Shown here: positions 26,807 through 34,898 of the stretch, piece by piece
Numbering within the stretch: position 1 is the stretch's first letter
How the letters are laid out: each line of letters starts with the position of its first letter
Assembly: GCA_964630225.1 (NCBI GenBank)
Contig: CAZVUK010000002.1
Span: forward strand, 1 to 59,504
DNA from: an uncultured Muribaculaceae bacterium
Lineage (GTDB): Bacteria; Bacillota_I; Bacilli_A; RF39; UBA660
Direction of reading: 5' to 3'
Length of the DNA stretch: 59,504 bases
Translations under genes and position numbers: made by a program
Notes under the pieces: generated by a model
Seen by the model: only the letters and a program-made list of their open reading frames with translations
What the model was told of the DNA's origin: nothing
The model's database searches: none

Positions 26807-29113
26807 ATGGAGAGTGAAGAAAAATTAAAAACGCTAAATGTTATTAAGCGAAATGGCAAAAGAGTCGAGTTTAATGCACCTAAAATAGCGGTAGCAATCA
26901 AGAAGGGATTTGATAGTGTAAATAATGTTTCCTCCGAAGAGGGCGGTGTTAAATACACTGAAAAAGACGTTCAAAAAGTTTATCAGGCTGTACTTAAGAG
27001 AATTGATAGTGAATATGAAGCCGAAGATAGGATTAAAATAGAAAGCATTCAAAATCTTATCGAAGATGAATTAAAAAATAAAAATTATCAAGAAGTATAC
27101 GATTCTTTCTCAGCTTATAGGGAGCGCAGAAACCAGTCTCGTGAAATGTTCTTTGATGATAAGCGAAAACACAAGTTTTTAAAGACGATCGAAGATCTAG
27201 GTCTAAAGTCATCTAACGAAGATGATACTAAAAGAGAAAATGCTAACGTCGATGGCGATACAGCAATGGGAACTATGCTTCAATATGGTTCAACTATCTC
27301 TAAAGAGTTTGCCAAGACATATCTGATCAAGAAAAAATACAGTGAAGCTCATGATGAAGGATATATACACATTCACGATATGGATTTTTACCCGATGGGA
27401 ACGACAACGTGTACACAAATTGATTTAGATAAACTATTTAAAAATGGTTTTTCGACAGGACACGGACATCTTAGAGAACCAAATGACATTATGTCATACT
27501 CGGCTTTAGCTGCAATAGCTATTCAAGCAAATCAAAATGATCAACATGGTGGACAAAGTATCCCTGCTTTTGATTATTACATGGCTCCTGGAGTCTTAAA
27601 AACCTATCGCAAGCAATTAAAACAAACATTAGCTGATATGATGGACTACGCAGGTTTTGCAACATTCATCAATATGGATACCGTTGCTAAAGAAATAGAT
27701 AAATTGGATTCTATCGATCACAATATTTCAGTATTCGATAGATTTATGAAAGATAATGAACAGTTACTTAGACTCTTTACCATGTCAACGATAAAAGCAA
27801 GAGCTAAGACAAATCGTATTACTTACCAGGCAATGGAAGCTTTTGTTCATAATTTAAATACGATGCATTCGCGTGCCGGAGCACAAGTCCCATTTTCTTC
27901 GATTAACCTTGGGACCGATACGACTCCAGAAGGAAGGATGGTTATAACAAACTTTCTAAAGGCTGTTGATTCAGGACTAGGTCTAGGAGAAACACCAATA
28001 TTCCCAATTTCAATATTCAAAGTTAAAGAAGGAATAAACTATAATAAAGAAGACCCTAACTATGATTTATTTAGACAGGCGTGCGCCGTTTCAGCAAAAA
28101 GACTATTCCCCAACTTCTCATTCCTTGATGCGCCGTTTAACAAAGCAGCGTACAAAGGAACTTATCAAACAGAAGTAGGATATATGGGATGCCGCACGAG
28201 AGTTCTAGCGAACGTTATCGACGAAGATAAAGCGGTAACACCAGGACGAGGTAATTTATCGTTTTCAACTATTAACTTACCTAGGCTTGGTCTTAAACAC
28301 GGTATTGTTCAAGGTGAGACGAAAGCCAATATGAAAGAGTTCTACAAAGAACTCGAAGAGGTTATGGAACTAGTCAAAGATCAGTTACTTGATCGCTTTG
28401 AGCATCAATGTAGCAAGAAAAGTTATAACTTCCCTTTCTTACTAGGACAGGGGTTATGGATAGACGCTGAAAAACTCAAAGCCGGAGATCGCATTAGAAA
28501 GGTTCTTAAAAACGGAACTTTAAGTATCGGTTTCATCGGTCTAGCTGAGTGTTTGAAAGCACTAACTGGAAAACACCACGCTGAAAGTGAAGAATCACAA
28601 AAGCTTGGACTTGAAATAATAAGTTTCATGCGTAAAAAGTGTGACGAGTTTGCCAAAGAGTACAATCTTAACTTTACTTGCCTAGCAACCCCAGCCGAAG
28701 GGCTATCGGGAAGATTTACCGGCATAGATAAAGCTATCTATGGAAAGATTAAAGGAATAACTGACAGAGATTATTATACTAACTCATTTCATGTACCGGT
28801 TTACTATCCGACCACGATTAAAAACAAAATAAATTTAGAAGCACCATATCATGCATTTACTAATGCAGGACACATAAGCTATATTGAGCTCGATGGTGAT
28901 ACCACCGAAAATCTTGATGCCTTTGAAAAGGTTGTCAGAATTATGAAGGAATCAGGCATTGGTTATGGAGCAATAAATCACCCGGTCGATAGAGATCCGG
29001 TCTGTGGATACATCGGAGTCATTAAAGATGTATGTCCAGGTTGTGGCCGTAAAGAAGGAGAGGGAGTAAGTATGGAACGGCTCTCTACTCGAGGAAGATC
29101 TTGTGGAATGTAA
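26807..29113 (+). CDS. nrdD: Anaerobic ribonucleoside-triphosphate reductase, large polypeptide lacking the glycyl-radical C-terminus
   Basis: N-terminal ATP-cone (VIKRNGKRVEFNAPKIAVAIKKGF). Class III RNR core. C-terminal Zn ribbon DPVCGYIGVIKDVCPGCG. It then runs through 14 unrelated codons to TAA 29111-29113, with no RxxGY radical motif. Confidence 0.9.
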   Translation: MESEEKLKTLNVIKRNGKRVEFNAPKIAVAIKKGFDSVNNVSSEEGGVKYTEKDVQKVYQAVLKRIDSEYEAEDRIKIESIQNLIEDELKNKNYQEVYDSFSAYRERRNQSREMFFDDKRKHKFLKTIEDLGLKSSNEDDTKRENANVDGDTAMGTMLQYGSTISKEFAKTYLIKKKYSEAHDEGYIHIHDMDFYPMGTTTCTQIDLDKLFKNGFSTGHGHLREPNDIMSYSALAAIAIQANQNDQHGGQSIPAFDYYMAPGVLKTYRKQLKQTLADMMDYAGFATFINMDTVAKEIDKLDSIDHNISVFDRFMKDNEQLLRLFTMSTIKARAKTNRITYQAMEAFVHNLNTMHSRAGAQVPFSSINLGTDTTPEGRMVITNFLKAVDSGLGLGETPIFPISIFKVKEGINYNKEDPNYDLFRQACAVSAKRLFPNFSFLDAPFNKAAYKGTYQTEVGYMGCRTRVLANVIDEDKAVTPGRGNLSFSTINLPRLGLKHGIVQGETKANMKEFYKELEEVMELVKDQLLDRFEHQCSKKSYNFPFLLGQGLWIDAEKLKAGDRIRKVLKNGTLSIGFIGLAECLKALTGKHHAESEESQKLGLEIISFMRKKCDEFAKEYNLNFTCLATPAEGLSGRFTGIDKAIYGKIKGITDRDYYTNSFHVPVYYPTTIKNKINLEAPYHAFTNAGHISYIELDGDTTENLDAFEKVVRIMKESGIGYGAINHPVDRDPVCGYIGVIKDVCPGCGRKEGEGVSMERLSTRGRSCGM

Positions 29114-29152
29114 TTAAATATTTGTAATAATATAAAGAAGGAGAGGATTATT

Positions 29153-29329
29153 ATGAAAACAGAAAAAGATGTAAAAAGCGCAAAAATGGTTGGAGAGGGA
29201 GTAGGTTTCGAAAGAATCCGTAGAATTACTGGATATCTAGTTGGAACAGTCGATCGCTTCAACAACGGAAAAAAAGCTGAAGAGCATGATCGTGTTAAAC
29301 ATTCTGGCATTAACGACATATATCTATAA
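29153..29329 (+). CDS. Stand-alone NrdD glycyl-radical C-terminal domain (58 aa)
   Basis: Below the ORF-track cutoff. SD aaggagagg (29138-29146), ATG 29153. Same frame as nrdD. Translation MKTEKDVKSAKMVGEGVGFERIRRITGYLVGTVDRFNNGKKAEEHDRVKHSGINDIYL carries the RRITGYL glycyl-radical motif and an NxGKxxE...RVKH tail. The stop overlaps the nrdG start (TAATG). Confidence 0.7.
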   Translation: MKTEKDVKSAKMVGEGVGFERIRRITGYLVGTVDRFNNGKKAEEHDRVKHSGINDIYL

Positions 29330-29883
29330 TGAAAATTAGATTATCTGGTCCTATGACAAAGGACAGTATAGTCGATGGTGAAGGACTTAGGGCAGTGGTG
29401 TGGACGCAAGGATGTCCGCATAACTGCCCTTCTTGTCATAATCCTAGCACTCATAGCTATACTGCTGGAGAAATGATTGATATCTCTGCTATAAAACGAG
29501 AAATAGATACACTAGAAGGTCACGATGGAATAACATTATCTGGTGGCGACCCTTTAGAGCAAGTCGAAGCTTGCCTTGAAATAGCTAAGTATAGTCATAA
29601 AAAGGGACTAAATGTCTGGTGCTACACAGGTTATCGATACGAAGAGCTAATGCACATGGCCAAAGAAAAACCAGTCATCATCGATTTTCTCAAGGAAATT
29701 GATAGACTGATAGATGGTAGATTCTTAATAGCTCTAAAAAGTTTTGAAGCACCTTTTAGAGGATCGAGAAACCAAAGAATTATTGATGTAGCTGCTTCCC
29801 TAGCAGCAGGTGTAGTTATCGAAGATGAAAAGTATATGCTCAAGGATGATGCTAAACACGATAGTGAGAAAGTTTACATTTAA
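29329..29883 (+). CDS. nrdG: Anaerobic ribonucleotide reductase activating protein (radical SAM)
   Basis: Radical-SAM cluster motif GCPHNCPSCHN and SGGDP; 184 aa. Translationally coupled to the upstream ORF. Confidence 0.9.
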   Translation: MKIRLSGPMTKDSIVDGEGLRAVVWTQGCPHNCPSCHNPSTHSYTAGEMIDISAIKREIDTLEGHDGITLSGGDPLEQVEACLEIAKYSHKKGLNVWCYTGYRYEELMHMAKEKPVIIDFLKEIDRLIDGRFLIALKSFEAPFRGSRNQRIIDVAASLAAGVVIEDEKYMLKDDAKHDSEKVYI

Positions 29884-29884
29884 A

Positions 29885-29941
29885 AAGGTGATAACACCTT
29901 TTTTTGCATTAAAAAAAAGGTATCGTACAATACCTTTTTTT
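29885..29941. terminator. Pair of hairpin terminators between convergent nrdG and the NPKTG-protein gene
   Basis: Hairpin 1: aaggtg-ataa-cacctt plus T-run (29885-29905). Hairpin 2: aaggtat-cgtaca-atacctt, flanked by an A-run and a T-run (29911-29941). Confidence 0.75.
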
Positions 29942-29946
29942 CTGAA

Positions 29947-30630
29947 TTAAATATATCTTTTCTTACGACTTACCATAAGTGCTGTAGCAGTAATTGCTGT
30001 GCTGACACCACCTAGGACGTAAGGGTTAGCGATACCAGTTTTTGGATTTGGTGTTGTTACAGGTGTTGGAGTAGGTGCTTCACAAACTTCTGGATCTTTT
30101 AATTCTTGTAATTTATAACCGTCATAAATTGTAGATTCTACAGTTAATCTGAAGAAAACAAGTGTATAAGTTGTTGTTTGCTCACAATCAATCCAGTTAA
30201 GACTGTCTTTTGTAATTGTAAAATATTGATTTGGTATTGTAACTAAGTTATCACATTCTGCGGCGATAACAGCTTCTAACGCTTTTTTAACTGCATCAAT
30301 TTCTTCTGTAGTAGCGGTAGAATCATCCTTAATTGCTTCATATGCTTCTTCAGCTGCTTTGATTTCATCAAATTTAGCTTTTGTTAAAGCCACAACTTCG
30401 TATTGTCGTATAACATCTTCCGGTGCAACGCCGACCATATCAATCCCTTCTATTTCAGGTGTTCCTTCAATGTCTTTAGCTGCTAAGAATTCTAATTGCT
30501 TATCTACTACCAACTCTGGAACAACAATATATTCATGCAAATTGACATTTGGCACAGCTTTTACTATAAATGTTCCTCCAAAGAATAATCCGATAGCAAA
30601 TAAAGTCGCTAATATTTTTTTCCCTTTCAT
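29947..30630 (-). CDS. Cell-wall-anchored surface protein with an NPKTG (sortase B-type) sorting signal
   Basis: Signal peptide MKGKKILATLFAIGLFFGGTFIVKA. C-terminus PNPKTGIANPYVLGGVSTAITATALMVSRKKRYI (motif, hydrophobic stretch, basic tail). ATG 30630 follows AGGAGGAG; the tracked ORF extends to 30681. Confidence 0.8.
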   Translation of the reverse strand: MKGKKILATLFAIGLFFGGTFIVKAVPNVNLHEYIVVPELVVDKQLEFLAAKDIEGTPEIEGIDMVGVAPEDVIRQYEVVALTKAKFDEIKAAEEAYEAIKDDSTATTEEIDAVKKALEAVIAAECDNLVTIPNQYFTITKDSLNWIDCEQTTTYTLVFFRLTVESTIYDGYKLQELKDPEVCEAPTPTPVTTPNPKTGIANPYVLGGVSTAITATALMVSRKKRYI

Positions 30631-30645
30631 TTCTATTCTCCTCCT

Positions 30646-30681
30646 ATAAGTAAAGTCTAACACATAAGTAAAGTCTAACAC
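30646..30681. repeat. Perfect 18-bp tandem direct repeat (x2) immediately upstream of the NPKTG-protein SD
   Basis: ataagtaaagtctaacac at 30646-30663 and again at 30664-30681. Lies in the divergent intergenic region shared with srtB. Confidence 0.9.
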
Positions 30682-30818
30682 ACCAATTTACACAAGTGAA
30701 AGTAAAAAAGCAAAAGTTTCTGTAAATAGACACTTCACTTGACAGCCGGTGCAAACACAAATAAATGTTTAAGTTTCAAAAGAATTATGCTATTCTATAT
30801 ATAGAATAGGAGTACTAT

Positions 30819-32450
30819 ATGTCAAAGATATCGATAATAACATATGATAAAAAGCTTATATTTGATACAGTAAACTTTATCGAAGAAAAAGTTAATTTAA
30901 ATAACACTAATGTTATCGATGTCGAAACTATGTATTTTAGCGATATATATATTGCTAAAAACATGTACACTATGACTAGTTTTTTAAATCTGATTGTTGC
31001 TAAAAAGAATATAAAAGAACTTGTCATAAAGAAAATAAATATAGCTCCACTAGTTCTTAAATTGACAAAAGATATCCCGATACTAAGTAAAGTAACTATC
31101 GAAGAAGATGTAAACATTAACTATGAAACATACGAGGCTTTAACCTTAGCTGAACATCTTAAAGAAGTCGAATGTTTTTCGATGCCTCCGTTTATGTTTG
31201 ATAGTTTAGATCACAAATATAATAAAACCATAAAGCTACGTCAAAAAGAGATGTTCTACAGTCCCTTTATGAAGGTTAATAAATTAGAAAGCTTCGATGA
31301 AATATATTATTGTCGTAAGATAATCATCGCTGAAAAACCAAGTAGCACAGATCTCGAAGACATAGCATCATTTTTTAGAATCAATAATAGAATAAGATTG
31401 ATAGAGTTTCACTATTACGATTACAATCTAGTAACGACTATTATCGCTTATTTGAACAGAAATAATGCTCAAAACGTTTTGATTAAAATTAAACATATTG
31501 AAAATGAGAATGTTATCTCGCTTGTAAATCAGTTAGAAAAAAGCCATGCTCGGTATTTTAAGAACAACAAAGTCAGAATTAAAATTGATTACAAGAATGA
31601 ACACAAAAGCAAATACTTCTTAAAACAGTTTAATCTTAGTTTATTTAGAGCGATACTAATTATTGCAATAGTTATTATTTTACTTTTACTAAGCGTATTT
31701 AATTACAAGGAAAGACAGGATGCCAAAGCTAGCAAAAAAATAGACCAAGTAACTCAAGGAATTGGTGATGAAATGAGTGGTATTCAAGCAGCTATCGATA
31801 GCGAAATGGATGCCCAGGAAGCAATCATGGCCGCTGAAGCTAGTGGTACTGAACTTCCACACGATGCTTCTTATGATATTTATTTTCAAAAACTTGAAAA
31901 AGTTTGGGATAGCTTAATAAGTAAAAACGAAGACACGGTAGGCTGGCTAAAAGTAAATGGCAGTAAAGTTGATTACCCGGTCGTACAGGCCAAAGATAAT
32001 ATCTATTATCTAAACCGCAACTTTTACAAAAAAAGAAATATCTATGGTTGGATATTTATGGATTATCGTAACAAAAAAGCTAAGATGGATCAAAATACTA
32101 TTATATATGGTCATAGAACTAACAACGGCATTATGTTTGGTACACTTAAAAATGTGTTAAAGAAATCGTGGTACACAAATCCTGCTAATCAGGTGATAAG
32201 TTTCAATACGACAGCTGAAACTCATAACTGGAAAATATTTTCTATTTATACAATCGGTGCAACCGATGATTATTTATACAATAATTTTTATAACGATAAT
32301 CAAAGAGTCGATTTTTTCAACAAACTTAGAAATCGCAGTATTCATAACTTTGCAGTCGAAGTCGGAGCTAAAGATAAAATTCTCACTTTGTCTACATGTT
32401 ATGAGGGAGCAGAAAAACGATTAGTCATCCACGCAAAGATGATTGACTGA
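30819..32450 (+). CDS. srtB: Class B sortase fused to a ~270-aa N-terminal cytoplasmic domain of unknown function
   Basis: The C-terminal ~200 aa match SrtB hallmarks: VGWLKVNGSKVDYPVVQAKDN, IFMDYRN, TIIYGHR, ILTLSTC, RLVIHAK. TM at LFRAILIIAIVIILLLLSVF (about aa 273-292). Nothing is recognisable in aa 1-270. Confidence 0.85.
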   Translation: MSKISIITYDKKLIFDTVNFIEEKVNLNNTNVIDVETMYFSDIYIAKNMYTMTSFLNLIVAKKNIKELVIKKINIAPLVLKLTKDIPILSKVTIEEDVNINYETYEALTLAEHLKEVECFSMPPFMFDSLDHKYNKTIKLRQKEMFYSPFMKVNKLESFDEIYYCRKIIIAEKPSSTDLEDIASFFRINNRIRLIEFHYYDYNLVTTIIAYLNRNNAQNVLIKIKHIENENVISLVNQLEKSHARYFKNNKVRIKIDYKNEHKSKYFLKQFNLSLFRAILIIAIVIILLLLSVFNYKERQDAKASKKIDQVTQGIGDEMSGIQAAIDSEMDAQEAIMAAEASGTELPHDASYDIYFQKLEKVWDSLISKNEDTVGWLKVNGSKVDYPVVQAKDNIYYLNRNFYKKRNIYGWIFMDYRNKKAKMDQNTIIYGHRTNNGIMFGTLKNVLKKSWYTNPANQVISFNTTAETHNWKIFSIYTIGATDDYLYNNFYNDNQRVDFFNKLRNRSIHNFAVEVGAKDKILTLSTCYEGAEKRLVIHAKMID

Positions 32451-32454
32451 TAAA

Positions 32455-32482
32455 AAAAGATAGCTTTTAGCTATCTTTTTGT
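32455..32482 (+). terminator. Rho-independent terminator after srtB
   Basis: Stem aagatagc / gctatctt with loop tttta, followed by a T-run. Confidence 0.7.
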
Positions 32483-32527
32483 TGCTCTAATTTAACCAAT
32501 AAGCTAAACTAAAGCCAGGAGGAATTT

Positions 32528-34162
32528 ATGAAAAAAAATCAAAAAAATTGTTCATTTTCAATCAAGTCATTTCTCATTACTGTGGTATTAATGACAGCTT
32601 ATTATTACTTCTTACTACCACCGATGAACTTACATAGTCCAGAGTTTTGGGTGTTTATATCGCTCTTTTTATTCATCTATGGAATATCAGCATCAATATT
32701 TGAAGGAGCGGCCTTGTTTGATGCTAAAAAAACAAAAACTAAAACGCCAGCACCGATGCCGCGCAGTTTTAGAATTGTTTTAGTCATCCCCGCAATCATT
32801 TTGGTGATTATGCTAATCAATTTTATTGCCTCACCAGTATTTAATGCAAAAACTTATTCTAAACGTATTACTATTGACGAAGGAACAGACTTCGCCGAAG
32901 AAGTAGCCGAAGTAGATTTTGCTAAGATACCGCTACTTGATAAGGCGTCAACTAGAAAAGTTGGTGATAGAGTAATGGGGGAGTTACCAGAACTTGTATC
33001 ACAGTTTGATGTATCTAATTTATACACACAGATCAATTATAAAGATACGATTGTCAGAGTTACACCATTAGAATACTCAGATGTCATCAAATACTTTACT
33101 AATCGTAAAGATGGAATCAAAGCATATATAATGGTTGATTCAACTACCGGAAAAAGCAGCCTTGTAAAGCTTGATAAAGGTATGAAATACATGCCTAGTG
33201 CTATATTTGGTGAAGACTTATATCGCAAACTTCGTTTTTCATATCCATTTGATATCTTTGGAGAAATTTCATTCGAAGTAGACGATGAGGGTAATCCATA
33301 CTGGATAATCCCAGTTAAAACCTATACAGCTGTTGGTATGAGAGAAGAAATCAGTAGTTTAATTATCTTTAATCCAGCGGATGGAACAAGTGTTAAACAT
33401 AAAGTTAAAGACGTCCCAACTTGGGTTGATCACGTCTTTACATCGGAACTTGTTTTATCTCAAACTAACGACTGGGGTTCATATCGCGGAGGATATTTTA
33501 ACTCAATTTTCGGTCAAAAGAATGTCGTTAAGACAACCGAAGGATACAATTATGTCGTTATGAATGACGATGTATACTTATACACAGGTATAACATCAGC
33601 TGTTAGAGATGAATCTAATATCGGTTTTATTTTAACTAATCTAAGAACTAAAGAAACACGTTACTATAAGGTTGCTGGTGCTGAAGAGTTCTCGGCTATG
33701 TCTAGTGCCGAAGGGCAAGTGCAACAGATGAAGTATCGCTCTACGTTCCCGCTACTAATTAATTTAAAAGGAAAACCTACCTATTTAATATCATTAAAAG
33801 ATAATGCTGGTCTTGTCAAAATGTATGCTTTCGTCGATGTTCAAAACTATCAAAATGTTACTGTTACTAGTGCTAGTGAAGGAATTGAACAAGCAGCTAC
33901 TAACTACTTAAGTGGTCGCAAAGATACTGTTTCTCCTAGTGAGAACTTAGTTTCTAAAATCACGGTTAAGCAAATAAACTCAGCTTCAAATGACGGAGAA
34001 ACTTCATATTACATTCTAGATAATGAAAATAAAAAGTATAAGGCTCCAATTAAAGCTGGTGAAGCTATTCTTCCATTCTTAAGAAGTGGAGAAGTTATAA
34101 AAATCACTTACTTTGAAGGAGACAAAATAAATACTATTACAAAGGTCGAAGCCAATGATTAG
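32528..34162 (+). CDS. Hypothetical membrane protein with a large extracytoplasmic domain (544 aa)
   Basis: Three N-terminal TM segments followed by about 440 aa of soluble sequence. SD aggagga upstream. No motif recognised. Confidence 0.65.
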   Translation: MKKNQKNCSFSIKSFLITVVLMTAYYYFLLPPMNLHSPEFWVFISLFLFIYGISASIFEGAALFDAKKTKTKTPAPMPRSFRIVLVIPAIILVIMLINFIASPVFNAKTYSKRITIDEGTDFAEEVAEVDFAKIPLLDKASTRKVGDRVMGELPELVSQFDVSNLYTQINYKDTIVRVTPLEYSDVIKYFTNRKDGIKAYIMVDSTTGKSSLVKLDKGMKYMPSAIFGEDLYRKLRFSYPFDIFGEISFEVDDEGNPYWIIPVKTYTAVGMREEISSLIIFNPADGTSVKHKVKDVPTWVDHVFTSELVLSQTNDWGSYRGGYFNSIFGQKNVVKTTEGYNYVVMNDDVYLYTGITSAVRDESNIGFILTNLRTKETRYYKVAGAEEFSAMSSAEGQVQQMKYRSTFPLLINLKGKPTYLISLKDNAGLVKMYAFVDVQNYQNVTVTSASEGIEQAATNYLSGRKDTVSPSENLVSKITVKQINSASNDGETSYYILDNENKKYKAPIKAGEAILPFLRSGEVIKITYFEGDKINTITKVEAND

Positions 34163-34835
34163 AAAATTATTAATCTTAATTCTTGTGGCCTTTATTGTCA
34201 CGGCTTGTGCTAAAGAAACTAAATCGCCTCTTCCCTTTGTCAAAGAGTATGAAGCATTAAATGAATCTAAGACTCAGTCGGGTAAAACATACAGCAGTCT
34301 AAAACTTAAGAATGCTGAACGTATCAAATATGCTAATTATGATGAAATTGATAAAGCCTTAGAGAAAGATGCCATAATCTACTTTGGATTTCCAGAATGT
34401 CCATGGTGTCGAACGCTAGTTCCGGTCTTACTCGAAAGTGCTAAAGAGGCAGGAATCAAAGAGATACTGTATATGAACATTCTAAACGAAAGAAATTCAT
34501 ATGAACTAGATGAAAATGGCAAAGCAGTTTTAAAATCAAATGGTACTAAAGGCTATAACGCCCTAGTCGAAAAATTAGCAAATCATTTAGATGATTATAC
34601 ATTAACTAGTGAAGATGGCCAAAAGATTGAAACAGGAACTAAACGAATATTTGCTCCAACTTTAATCTTTGTATCTAAAGGGAAAGTAATCTATGTTCAT
34701 AAAGGAACAGTTGATTCACAAGAAGATCCGTATCTAGAATTAACTAAAGAACAAAAAGAAGAACTTATGAAAGTACTTATCGATAATATGAATAAAGTAC
34801 TAGACATCACTTGTGAAGAAGAGACAAAGTGCTAA
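34155..34835 (+). CDS. Thioredoxin-fold lipoprotein (CxxC)
   Basis: 8-nt overlap with the upstream gene. Lipobox FIVTAC. Redox motif FGFPECPWCRTLVP. Confidence 0.75.
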   Translation: MIRKLLILILVAFIVTACAKETKSPLPFVKEYEALNESKTQSGKTYSSLKLKNAERIKYANYDEIDKALEKDAIIYFGFPECPWCRTLVPVLLESAKEAGIKEILYMNILNERNSYELDENGKAVLKSNGTKGYNALVEKLANHLDDYTLTSEDGQKIETGTKRIFAPTLIFVSKGKVIYVHKGTVDSQEDPYLELTKEQKEELMKVLIDNMNKVLDITCEEETKC

Positions 34836-34898
34836 AGCGTTTTGTCTTTTTTCTTTGTTATTTTACAAAAAAGATATACAATTATATTAGGTGATAAT

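Noticed and set aside
29069-29203. Intron or intein interpretation of the nrdD interruption
   Set aside because: At 135 nt it is far too short for a group I or II intron and shows no intein motifs. It contains a stop, an SD and an ATG, so it reads as a duplication or insertion that splits the gene. Translational bypass is kept only as a remote alternative.
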